A DNA stretch of 34,085 bases, from positions 1-34,085 of the forward strand of contig JAQVZB010000002.1 in the NCBI GenBank assembly GCA_029004695.1. The letters are read 5' to 3'. The notes beneath the pieces were generated by a model. It did not search any database. It saw nothing but the letters and a program-made list of their open reading frames with translations, and was not told the origin of the DNA. A program made the position numbers and the translations under genes. Shown piece after piece: positions 25,678 to 34,085 of this stretch (position 1 is the first letter of the stretch; the number at the start of each line of letters is the position of its first letter). The DNA comes from Bacilli bacterium (GTDB lineage: Bacteria; Bacillota_I; Bacilli_A; RF39; UBA660).

Positions 25678-26436
25678 CTATGTTACATTTAATAAAACTT
25701 TTAAAAATTCTATTATCATATCAGAATTACAATAACATAATAATAAACTTATAGCTAAAAAAGGCCCAAAAGGTAAAATTCCATCTTCATTTTTAATCGA
25801 AACATAGATAGCATAAGGAAAAGCTAAAAAAGATCCTAAAATAACATAAAATATTCCTAAAGGAATTCCTAAAACCATTCCAGCAATAAAAGATAATTTT
25901 ATATCTCCACCACCTAAAGATTCTTTCTTAAAAATTATATTACCAAATAACATAAAAGAAAAAATAAAAATAAAGATTAAAAATCCATAAGATATACTTG
26001 CTAATGCCGCTATTATTCCTTCAAATATTATTTTTACTATAAATATTAATATTCCACTTGCAATAATTGCTTCATCTAATATTATCATATCTTTGGAATC
26101 AGTTATGAATATTAAAACTACTAAACTAGATATTATTATTGCTATAAAAAATTCTCCACTAAACCCAAATAATAAATAACTAACAGTAAATAATATTGCC
26201 GTTAATAATTCCATAGCAGGATACATTAAAGATATTTTTTGTTTACAATTTTTACATTTTCCTAATAAAAAGATATATGAGATTACAGGTATATTTTCAT
26301 ACCATGATAATTGATGTTGACATTTAGGACAGTGACTTCTAGGTTTAACAATAGATTCATTTTTTAATAATCTTATACCTACTACGTTATAAAAGGATCC
26401 TAATAATAATCCAAATACAAATATAAATATTATCAT
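25678..26436 (-). CDS. pilD: prepilin peptidase (A24 family, PilD/ComC)
   Basis: CPKCQHQLSWYENIPVISY...GKCKNCKQKI zinc-ribbon segment. Catalytic Asp contexts ITDSKD and GGGDIKL. 252 aa, polytopic. Confidence 0.9.
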   Translation of the reverse strand: MIIFIFVFGLLLGSFYNVVGIRLLKNESIVKPRSHCPKCQHQLSWYENIPVISYIFLLGKCKNCKQKISLMYPAMELLTAILFTVSYLLFGFSGEFFIAIIISSLVVLIFITDSKDMIILDEAIIASGILIFIVKIIFEGIIAALASISYGFLIFIFIFSFMLFGNIIFKKESLGGGDIKLSFIAGMVLGIPLGIFYVILGSFLAFPYAIYVSIKNEDGILPFGPFLAISLLLCYCNSDMIIEFLKVLLNVT

Positions 26437-26442
26437 ATCTAC

Positions 26443-28038
26443 CTACTGTATTTCTTGATATAAACCAAACATTGGTAATATAACTGCCATTACTATTCCA
26501 CCTACAACAACAGCTAAAAAAATAATCATAGCTGGTTCGATAAAACTTTTCATACTATTTATAATTGATTTATGACTTGTTTGATAATAATCAGCTACTT
26601 TACTCATCATATCAGCAAGTTCTCCAGTAGACTCACCAGTTACAATCATATAATATGCTACATCGGGCACAGCCCAATGGTTTTTAAACGCTTGCGATAT
26701 TTTTTCTCCTTTGGCAATATTATCTATTGTATTAATCATAATTTCTTTATAAATTTCATTAGTTGTTATATTAGTTAAAATACTTATACTTTCAGTAATA
26801 AAAACATTATTTTTTAGTAATGAAGAAAAAGTTTTGGCAAATATATTCATTTCTTTATATATTATTATTTTGCTTATCAGCGGTAATTTCATTAATAATT
26901 TTTGTGCCTGATGTCTAAATGCTTTGACTTTCCGATATAAAAGAATAATACTTAAAATTATAGTTGTTGTAATTAATAAAATATATAAAATGTTATTGCT
27001 TAAAAAATTACTGGCTACAATTATTCCAGCCGTAAAAGAATTTAAATCTGCTCCTGCTTGAGCATAAACATCTTGAAATTTAGGAATAACATATACAAGT
27101 ATAAAAGCCACTACTCCTATAGAAAATACCATAATAATTGTCGGATAGCTCATCGCACTAACCATTTGTTTTCTAGTTGTTTCAATATCAGTATAATATA
27201 ATGCCATATCATCTAAGGTAGCTTCTAGCTCACCAGTTGCTTCAGCAGCCTTAATCATATTTATTAAAAGTTGAGGAAAAATATTATTTTGTTTTTCTAA
27301 AGCAGAAGAAAAAGCTTCACCTAATGTTAAATAATATATTATTGAATCAAATACTCTTTTCTTACTAGCATCTTTGCTCATTTGTTTTCCTAATATTCTC
27401 ATTGAATCAGTTAATGGAATACCAGATTTAATATAAGTTGATAATTGAGTAAGCCAGAAAATTAAATCCTTATTTTTAAATTTAGCTGAATTAAAAGATG
27501 TTGGACCATATAATAACTCAATCAACTTTGAAGTTTCAATTTTTAATACAATATATCCTTCATTTTCTAAATATGTATATACTTCCATTTTTGAAAAAGC
27601 AATAAAAGTATTAATTTCTTTTTTTCCTTCATTATTAATTGCCGTATATCTAAATGTTAAGGGTGTATCACTTCTGCCTGTTTCTTCTTGAAGAGAATTA
27701 ATTAATTGATTTCTAATAGCGTCTTCTTTCGCTTGTTTTCTTTTACTTAATCTAGGTTTTTTTTCTTCTGTTTTTATTTCATCGATATGTTCAATAATTG
27801 TTTGTCCTTTTTCAGTAGCTAAATTAATTGATTCGTTAGATGCTATTTCTTGAATATCTATTTGTTTCTTTTTATTTTTGGTATATATTTTAAATATACT
27901 ATCACCAATAATTTTAAAAAATATTCTAAAGGGGTATATCATACCATATAAAACATAATAACATCCTAGAAAAAAATACATAAAAGGTAAGTAAAATATT
28001 TTAAAAAGATTATTACTTTTTTTAGGTTTATTCTTCAT
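26443..28038 (-). CDS. pilC: type IV pilus / T2SS platform protein (GspF/PilC family) with a ~125-aa N-terminal extension
   Basis: The canonical PilC N-terminus FRYTAINNEGKKEINTFIAFSKMEVYTYLENEGYIVLKIE begins near residue 129. Two GspF repeats follow. ATG at 28038 is preceded by GAAGGGTG at 8 nt. No in-frame ATG occurs between residue 34 and the PilC core. Confidence 0.85.
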   Translation of the reverse strand: MKNKPKKSNNLFKIFYLPFMYFFLGCYYVLYGMIYPFRIFFKIIGDSIFKIYTKNKKKQIDIQEIASNESINLATEKGQTIIEHIDEIKTEEKKPRLSKRKQAKEDAIRNQLINSLQEETGRSDTPLTFRYTAINNEGKKEINTFIAFSKMEVYTYLENEGYIVLKIETSKLIELLYGPTSFNSAKFKNKDLIFWLTQLSTYIKSGIPLTDSMRILGKQMSKDASKKRVFDSIIYYLTLGEAFSSALEKQNNIFPQLLINMIKAAEATGELEATLDDMALYYTDIETTRKQMVSAMSYPTIIMVFSIGVVAFILVYVIPKFQDVYAQAGADLNSFTAGIIVASNFLSNNILYILLITTTIILSIILLYRKVKAFRHQAQKLLMKLPLISKIIIYKEMNIFAKTFSSLLKNNVFITESISILTNITTNEIYKEIMINTIDNIAKGEKISQAFKNHWAVPDVAYYMIVTGESTGELADMMSKVADYYQTSHKSIINSMKSFIEPAMIIFLAVVVGGIVMAVILPMFGLYQEIQ

Positions 28039-28135
28039 CACATTTACACCCTTCTATTATCATTAATTATAACATAAATTATTTTTATATTAAACTATTT
28101 TAATTATTTAGCATATAATTAATTAGGTGAAACTA

Positions 28136-28387
28136 ATGAATTATAATAACGCCATATCTCTAGGGAAAGTATTGACCGGGTTATCAAAAACTTTAGGAAT
28201 TGCAAATCAAGTAATTCCTCTTTATCAACAAACTAAACCCTTATTAAAAAATATGCGTAGTGCTTATAATTTAATAAAAACTAATAATAAAACTTCTACC
28301 TCGGAAACCAATATAATTAAAGATGGTATTAAACCAAAAGAAAAAACTATTACTTATCCAAATAATAGTCCTCAATTCTTTTTATAA
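28136..28387 (+). CDS. small YqfQ/VrrA-like protein
   Basis: LGKVLTGLSKTLGIANQVIPLYQQTKPLLKNMRSAYNLIK resembles the YqfQ core LGNTQKVLGMAQQVGPMVQQYGPLVRNIPAMIKLY as I recall it. ATG at 28136 behind AGGTGA. Confidence 0.4.
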   Translation: MNYNNAISLGKVLTGLSKTLGIANQVIPLYQQTKPLLKNMRSAYNLIKTNNKTSTSETNIIKDGIKPKEKTITYPNNSPQFFL

Positions 28388-29727
28388 TATTCAAGTAGAT
28401 TAACAAATTCTCGTTTTCGAATATCTAATTCTTTTTCATTGGCTGCTTCAAATCTTAATGTGATAGATGGACTTGTATTACTGCATCTTATTAATGAAAA
28501 ACCATCATTATAATCTACTCTTACACCATCAATCGTATTTACATTAGGATATTTATTTAAAGCATAATTTTTAATTTTATTAACTATGTCCCATTTTAAA
28601 TCATCAGGTATATCAATTCTTATTTCAGGGGTATTATAATATTTATTCATATGTTCATAAGTTTCTGAACTTTTTTTATTGGTATTTGATAAAATATTTA
28701 AGAATCTTATCCCCGCATAAATACCATCATCATAACCATCAAAATCATCTCTAAAAAAGATGTGGCCCGAATATTCTCCGCCTATAAGAACAGGTGTTTT
28801 ATAAATCATTGTTTCAATATAAGCAGATCCATTTTTCAACATCATTGGAATTCCACCAATACGATTTATTTCTTGTTCTAATGCTTTAGAACATTTAACA
28901 TCAATAATTACTTTCTTATTATCAGATATCGGAATAATTTCATTAGCAAAAATACCAATTAAAATATCAGTGGGAATTGTATTGCCTTTTTCATCAACAA
29001 TACCTACCCTATCTCCATCACCATCAAAGCCAATACCAACATCAGCTTTTAATTCTAATATTTTACTTTTTAAAGCTTTTAAATTTTTTTCATCATTAGG
29101 ATCAGGATTATGAACAGGGAAACTTCCATCACTTTCGGCATTTAAATATACAACATCTAATCCTAATTTATCAAATACTTCTTTAACTATAATAGATGTC
29201 GTCCCATTTCCAGTATCAATTACTACTTTTAACGGTTTGGTAATTTTAGCTTTTGATATTAACATTTGAATGTATTCATCTTGATAATTAATTTTATTTA
29301 ATGACCCATTCCCGCTAACAAATCTTTCTTCTTTAACTATCTTATAAAAAATATCTAATTCATCATGATTTAAATGTAAATAATTCTCTCCAAATAATTT
29401 AAATCCATTATCATGAAAAGGATTATGACTTGCAGTTATCATAATACCATATAAGACTTTTAATTTTCGACTAGAAAAATTAAATAATGGTGTTGTAGAT
29501 AGACCAATATCTATTACATTAATACCAGTGCTTAATAGGCCATTTATTAATGCTTCATTCAATTCTTCACTACTAGTTCTATTATCATGTCCAACTACAC
29601 ATGATACTTCATTTTTTGATTTTAAATATGTCCCAAAAGCTTTACCAATTATTTCAGCAGTTAGAGAATTGATTTGATTAGGATATTTTCCTCTAATATC
29701 ATTTTCTCTTAATATATTATAATCCAC
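28372..29727 (-). CDS. alpha-D-phosphohexomutase, phosphomannomutase/phosphoglucomutase (AlgC/ManB) type
   Basis: Active-site ITASHNPFHDNGFK. Mg loop GFDGDGDRVG. Sugar loop GGEYSGHIFF. Phosphate loop IRCSNTSPSITLRFEA, matching AlgC-type RASNTTPVLVLRFEA. GTG start behind GGAGGA. Confidence 0.85.
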   Translation of the reverse strand: MDYNILRENDIRGKYPNQINSLTAEIIGKAFGTYLKSKNEVSCVVGHDNRTSSEELNEALINGLLSTGINVIDIGLSTTPLFNFSSRKLKVLYGIMITASHNPFHDNGFKLFGENYLHLNHDELDIFYKIVKEERFVSGNGSLNKINYQDEYIQMLISKAKITKPLKVVIDTGNGTTSIIVKEVFDKLGLDVVYLNAESDGSFPVHNPDPNDEKNLKALKSKILELKADVGIGFDGDGDRVGIVDEKGNTIPTDILIGIFANEIIPISDNKKVIIDVKCSKALEQEINRIGGIPMMLKNGSAYIETMIYKTPVLIGGEYSGHIFFRDDFDGYDDGIYAGIRFLNILSNTNKKSSETYEHMNKYYNTPEIRIDIPDDLKWDIVNKIKNYALNKYPNVNTIDGVRVDYNDGFSLIRCSNTSPSITLRFEAANEKELDIRKREFVNLLEYYKKN

Positions 29728-29805
29728 TTTTTATTCCTCCATAATAATTATATCAATAATAAAATAAAGTAAGACAAATTATTATATGTTTTTTATAACT
29801 TTACA

Positions 29806-31323
29806 TTAAATATCTTCAATTATAAGAGATTTTGATTCTTTCATATCTTTAGGAATTGCGATATCTAAATATTTAAGTAATGTTGGTGCTACATTAGTTA
29901 AATCCCCTTTATTTTTTAAATCAATATTTTTATCCATCAAAATAAATGGTACAGGTGACATTGAATGGGTAGTTATCAGATTATTGTTTTCATCTAACAT
30001 GGTATCAGCATTACCATGATCAGCAAGTAATATCACTTTATAAAAATTATCTTCAGCACTTGTTATTAACTCTTCTAAAAATTTATCTAAACCTTCTAGT
30101 GCGGTAATCGTAGCATTAAAATTACCAGTATGTCCAACCATATCAGGATTAGCATAATTTACAAGTACAAAATCATAATCCTTCTCTAAACATTTTATTG
30201 TTTTTTTAGTAACTTCTTCAGCACTCATAAGTGGAGTTAAATCATATGTTCTTACTTGCGGACTAGGTATTAAATAATTATCTGTCCCTTTAAATTTTTT
30301 TGATTTTTCAGAATTAAAAAATTTAGTTACATGAGAATATTTCTCTGTTTCAGCAATTCTTGCTTGCGTTAATTCTAAATCAGAAAAATATTCACCAATC
30401 GGGTATAATTCTTCTTCATTAAATTCAAATAATGGTGTTACATTTTTAATATCTTCTTGCCCAAATAAAGTATATACTTTTAAATTATTTATAATTCTAT
30501 TTTGAAAACCATTAAATTCGCGATCATTAATAGCATTTAATATTTGAATAGCTCTATCATGCCTAAAATTCAGCCATAATAAAGCATCATGTTCTTCCAA
30601 TTTAATATTACTATTTAATAATAAAGGTGGAATAAATTCATCATATATATTTTTATTATAGCAATTTTTAATAGCGGTTTCTAAATTTAAAATTCTTAAA
30701 CCCTGACCATTAACAACCATATTATAATAATGTTTAGTTCTTTCATATTTATTATCTCGATCCATAACGAAATATCTACCACATACGGTTACTATTTCTC
30801 CTAATCCTTGTTCATTAAAAACTTTTTGGAGTTGATTAATATAATTTAGAGAAGTATTAATAGCAGTATCTCGACCATCAGTAATAACATGAAAATATAA
30901 TTTCTTTATTCCCATATTTTTTAAAATGGGAATAAACTTTAAGATATAATTTATATGACTATGTACTCCACCATCAGATAAAAGGCCCATTAAATGTAAA
31001 TTAGAATCATTTGTTTTAACATGGTTAACTAAATCGATTAAATTTTTATTTTCATAGATACTATTTTTATTTACTTCTTCATTAATTATTGTCATTTTTT
31101 GTTTTATTTTGCGACCTAATCCTATAACACCATGACATATTTCACTATTTCCAAATTGATTTTCAGATAATCCGACAAAATCACCAGATGCTTCTAATAT
31201 CGAATGAGGATATTCGTTCCATATTTTATTAAAGTAAGGCATATTAGCTTTTTTTATTGCATTACCATGTTCTTCTTCTCTAATGCCAAAACCATCTAAT
31301 ATTATCATTAATATTTTTTTCAT
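29806..31323 (-). CDS. gpmI: 2,3-bisphosphoglycerate-independent phosphoglycerate mutase
   Basis: MIILDGFG N-terminus, DGGVHSH, DGRDT and ADHGNAD motifs. 505 aa. Confidence 0.95.
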   Translation of the reverse strand: MKKILMIILDGFGIREEEHGNAIKKANMPYFNKIWNEYPHSILEASGDFVGLSENQFGNSEICHGVIGLGRKIKQKMTIINEEVNKNSIYENKNLIDLVNHVKTNDSNLHLMGLLSDGGVHSHINYILKFIPILKNMGIKKLYFHVITDGRDTAINTSLNYINQLQKVFNEQGLGEIVTVCGRYFVMDRDNKYERTKHYYNMVVNGQGLRILNLETAIKNCYNKNIYDEFIPPLLLNSNIKLEEHDALLWLNFRHDRAIQILNAINDREFNGFQNRIINNLKVYTLFGQEDIKNVTPLFEFNEEELYPIGEYFSDLELTQARIAETEKYSHVTKFFNSEKSKKFKGTDNYLIPSPQVRTYDLTPLMSAEEVTKKTIKCLEKDYDFVLVNYANPDMVGHTGNFNATITALEGLDKFLEELITSAEDNFYKVILLADHGNADTMLDENNNLITTHSMSPVPFILMDKNIDLKNKGDLTNVAPTLLKYLDIAIPKDMKESKSLIIEDI

Positions 31324-31359
31324 CTATTTCTCCTTTATTTAAGTATACTGTTTGTTATT

Positions 31360-31764
31360 TTACTCACAATCAGTTACAAATTCTGCATTTAATGAAGCAT
31401 CTTCGATACTAAAAGTAAGTTTAATTTTCCCTACTAGTTTTCTATTAATTTTAGGATTATTTATTATAGGATTTCCGTCTTCATTATTCGTTTCTGCTAA
31501 ATAAACACCATTAGCAACAATATCATCATATAAATCATAACATTTGAAACAATTACTAGAACATTCTTCTGGCTTTATTTCATCAAGCCAATATTCATTT
31601 GCATATTTAATAGTAGCTGCTTCTATTGACTTGATTTTGTTATTATAAGTTGTTTCTTTAATTGTATTATCGATTCCATTATAAGCTGGCATTGCAATAA
31701 TAATTATCATAGATATAATTATTATTGCTGTAATAGTTTCAACTAATGTAAATCCTTTTTTCAT
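31360..31764 (-). CDS. prepilin-type N-terminal cleavage/methylation domain protein (type IV pilin / pseudopilin)
   Basis: MKKG|FTLVETITAIIIISMIIIIAMPAY class III signal with Glu+5. ATG at 31764 behind AGGTGA. 134 aa. Cysteines at C68/C72/C75 and a near-C-terminal Cys. Confidence 0.85.
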   Translation of the reverse strand: MKKGFTLVETITAIIIISMIIIIAMPAYNGIDNTIKETTYNNKIKSIEAATIKYANEYWLDEIKPEECSSNCFKCYDLYDDIVANGVYLAETNNEDGNPIINNPKINRKLVGKIKLTFSIEDASLNAEFVTDCE

Positions 31765-31794
31765 TAATATCACCTATAATAATATTACCATAGA

Positions 31795-31825
31795 TAAATA
31801 AAAAAAAGTAGAATTACTACTTTTT
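31795..31825 (-). terminator. intrinsic terminator after cdaR
   Basis: Minus strand: AAAAAGTAG-taatt-CTACTTTTT followed by further Ts (arms 31803-31811 and 31817-31825), starting 3 nt after the cdaR stop. Confidence 0.55.
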
Positions 31826-31828
31826 AAA

Positions 31829-33193
31829 TTAACCTTTTTCTACTATTTTTATATTTACTGTTGTAACTTTAGGTATTAAATTAATTCTAACATCATCTAT
31901 TGATACAATTATTGGAACCTCATGAGTACCAGGACCATATCCATTCAAGTCTATTTGAGCTTTTATAGAAGTCAATTCAATATTATCAAGTACACTTTGA
32001 ACTCCTTTAGCAATAACCGTAATAGCTCGATCAGCTTCACTAACAGCTCCTACACTATAATTACTTCCTAAATTTATTGATTCAATCTGAATATTATTAA
32101 ATTCTTTACTTACTTCAGATTGTAAAGATACATCTACACTAGTTGTTGTTTCAGTCATAAATCTTACCCCCGCTGGTTTGGTTAAAGAAACACTAAAAGT
32201 TTTATCAGTACTTAAGCCATCAATATTTATAATAGCTTTAATATAGTCTAAATTATCAATGATCGATTGTTCTCCATATACTTTTACTTTATTAACTGAG
32301 CTAGTTGCATTAGATATTGCATAACCGACTGTTAATGTTCCTTCAGTAACTACTTTAACTGGTAATTCAACATAATAAGAATCTACAATGATTGAAGCAC
32401 TTACCTTAGCTGGTACAATCTCTACATTTTCTATTTTAACTCCATTATTATCATAAGCTACTAAAATTATTGAATCAACTATAAATGTTCCTTTTTCTGT
32501 TAAATTTGCGGCCTTTAAATCAATTAAAGCTTTAACTGAAGATACCGTTTCTAATGCTTCTGCTGAACCTTTGACAATAACTTCATTACGATCCAATTTT
32601 ACATCTTTGATTGATAATTTATTATCTAATTTATCTTGATATAATAAATCATATGATAAAGATTTTACTGTACTTATCTTTTCACTTATTTTAACAGTAA
32701 TACTACTCGGATCTAATTTATAATCAACCGAACCTATACTATGATTATATTTAAATTTTACTTTATATTGTCCAGTAGTATAACCACTTAAATCTAGTAT
32801 TACTTCATGTTCTCCTAATTGTTTAGCTAAGTATAAATCACTTTTTCTTCCTATTAAAGTAATATCTACTGTTTCAGGTACCCCTTCAACAACATAAGCT
32901 TCCTCATTATAAATAAGCTTAACTGGTTGAGCAGTAAGAACTTCAGCTTCTTCAGTAACTAAACTAATTGCTTTAGTATCAATTAATAAAAACATTATAA
33001 TTGCACAAAATAGAGAAATATAAATTAATATATTTGGTCGATTCAATATTCTTTCGAATTTACCACCATTATTTTTAGATAATTCACTAATTCGATAAAT
33101 AATTCTGCTTATTGGAATAATGATAAATTTATCTATTATATTATAAATAAATTTGAAAAATGATCCTAAAACTTTGATTATTTTATTCATCAT
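31829..33193 (-). CDS. cdaR: YbbR-domain protein CdaR (diadenylate cyclase regulator)
   Basis: N-terminal TM anchor followed by repeated YbbR-like beta-rich modules. Start ATG at 33193/33190 overlaps the cdaA stop. Canonical position after cdaA. Confidence 0.85.
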   Translation of the reverse strand: MMNKIIKVLGSFFKFIYNIIDKFIIIPISRIIYRISELSKNNGGKFERILNRPNILIYISLFCAIIMFLLIDTKAISLVTEEAEVLTAQPVKLIYNEEAYVVEGVPETVDITLIGRKSDLYLAKQLGEHEVILDLSGYTTGQYKVKFKYNHSIGSVDYKLDPSSITVKISEKISTVKSLSYDLLYQDKLDNKLSIKDVKLDRNEVIVKGSAEALETVSSVKALIDLKAANLTEKGTFIVDSIILVAYDNNGVKIENVEIVPAKVSASIIVDSYYVELPVKVVTEGTLTVGYAISNATSSVNKVKVYGEQSIIDNLDYIKAIINIDGLSTDKTFSVSLTKPAGVRFMTETTTSVDVSLQSEVSKEFNNIQIESINLGSNYSVGAVSEADRAITVIAKGVQSVLDNIELTSIKAQIDLNGYGPGTHEVPIIVSIDDVRINLIPKVTTVNIKIVEKG

Positions 33194-33998
33194 CTTCACC
33201 TTCCTCATCATCTGCATCATAGAAAGCTTCCATTTTCGGTTTCAATTCTTCTAATAACAATAATCTAAACTCTTCTAAAGTTAAATTATAATTTAAATTA
33301 CTATCAACAGCAATACTAATTCTACCTGTTTCTTCTGATACAATTAAGGCAATAGCATCTGTTTCTTCAGCAATTCCTAAAGCAGCTCGATGACGGGTTC
33401 CTAATTTTTTATTTACACTTGGATTCATGCTCGTTTTAAAAACAGCCCCAGCACAAGTTAAGCGATCACCTTGAATAATAACTCCTCCATCATGTAACGG
33501 ATTAGCCGGATAGAAAATCGATTCCAACAAAATCGATGTAATATCTGCATATATTTTATGGGCAGGAACAATATATTCTTGTAATGATACATTTCTTTCA
33601 ATTATAATTAATGCTCCAATTCGATTTCTTTTTAAGTATTCAATTGCACCCATAATTTCAAAGACAACTCTTTCCCTTTCATCAACTGTTAAAACTTTAT
33701 GCCTTCCTAATAATTGACTTCTTCCTATTGATTCTAAAACAGCTCTAATTTCAGGTTGAAAAATAATTATAAGTGCTAAGGGACCCCAAGATATTACATA
33801 TTCTAAAAGTACACCAACAGTGTATAAGTTTAATAAATTACTAAAAATCTTAATAATTACAACTATTGCTACTCCTTTAAAGATTAATACTAATTTTACA
33901 TTATTTTTTAAATTCTTAAGTAAATAATAAAAGATAAACCATACTATACTTATATCAATTATTTTTGTTACTATATTCCATAATGACATTAACGTCAT
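33183..33998 (-). CDS. cdaA: diadenylate cyclase CdaA (DisA_N/DAC domain)
   Basis: Three N-terminal TM helices. The DAC motifs read LHDGGVIIQG (the usual DGA reads DGG) and GTRHRAALGIAEETDAIALIVSEETGRISIA. Acidic C-terminal tail. RBS AAGGAGTGA. Confidence 0.95.
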   Translation of the reverse strand: MTLMSLWNIVTKIIDISIVWFIFYYLLKNLKNNVKLVLIFKGVAIVVIIKIFSNLLNLYTVGVLLEYVISWGPLALIIIFQPEIRAVLESIGRSQLLGRHKVLTVDERERVVFEIMGAIEYLKRNRIGALIIIERNVSLQEYIVPAHKIYADITSILLESIFYPANPLHDGGVIIQGDRLTCAGAVFKTSMNPSVNKKLGTRHRAALGIAEETDAIALIVSEETGRISIAVDSNLNYNLTLEEFRLLLLEELKPKMEAFYDADDEEGEDDE

Positions 33999-34027
33999 AT
34001 AAATCTCACTCCTTTAGTAGTATAGAT

Positions 34028-34036
34028 ATTATATCA
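34028..34036 (-). promoter_or_regulatory. possible extended -10 (TGA-TATAAT) for cdaA
   Basis: Minus strand reads TGATATAAT about 30 nt upstream of the cdaA ATG. No convincing -35 was found. Confidence 0.25.
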
Positions 34037-34085
34037 AAATTTTTAATAAAATACATCACCCAATTTAAAAAAGATAATACTATTT

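Noticed and set aside
26572-26778. 68-aa plus-strand ORF
   Set aside because: Antisense inside pilC.
28372-29727. Calling this gene glmM because of its proximity to cdaA-cdaR
   Set aside because: The active-site and phosphate-loop motifs (TASHNP, RCSNTSPSITLRFEA, N-terminal DIRG) fit the AlgC/ManB PMM/PGM type better than GlmM. The gene symbol is withheld pending phylogeny.
31540-31563. CX3CX2C motif in the prepilin, read as a radical-SAM Fe-S cluster signature
   Set aside because: The protein is a 134-aa secreted pilin with no TIM-barrel or SAM-binding motifs. The cysteines are more plausibly disulfide or metal ligands in the pilin head.
1-34085. Mollicute-type genetic code (TGA = Trp), given the extreme AT content and DUF285 protein
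   Set aside because: All recognised genes are full length under the standard code. Trp positions use TGG and TGA terminates spoVAE at the expected length.
1-34085. CRISPR arrays, tRNA/rRNA genes, long tandem or interspersed DNA repeats
   Set aside because: No regularly spaced direct repeats or GC-rich structured RNA islands were seen by eye. The only DNA-level repeats are the intragenic DUF285 units. A computational repeat/tRNA scan would be needed for certainty.

Overview
Very AT-rich (roughly a quarter G+C by eye), densely packed chromosomal segment from an endospore-forming Bacillota. All ORFs close with the standard code, for example spoVAE ends in TGA. Core translation and transcription operons are present: rimP-nusA-ylxR-infB-rbfA-truB, rpsP-KH, and infC-rpmI-rplT with an L20-type attenuator leader. 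Also present are rnj, rluB, gpmI and cdaA-cdaR. These are interleaved with sporulation and germination genes: cotE, a gerA-type receptor operon in A-C-B order, spoIIAA-like/sigF/spoVAC-D-E, and dacB-spmA-spmB. Accessory-looking content comprises: a DUF285/BspA-type repeat surface protein; a 413-aa N/K/Y-rich secreted and anchored protein; a DNPH1-like protein; scattered type IV pilus-like genes (pilC with an N-terminal extension, pilD, one prepilin) with no ATPase in the window; and a possible IS30-type transposase tail at the left edge. No rRNA, tRNA or CRISPR was seen. The most unusual observation is a spoIIA-type locus in which a STAS protein lacking the phosphoacceptor serine abuts a shortened sigma-F directly, with no SpoIIAB anti-sigma kinase gene between them. 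Other oddities: ribosomal protein L20 fused to a Rho_N/HeH-like tail; RimP reduced to its N-terminal domain; and a cdaA-cdaR module followed by a terminator, a prepilin gene, gpmI and an AlgC-type phosphohexomutase in the slot normally held by glmM. All calls rest on motif recognition by eye. No database search was run.
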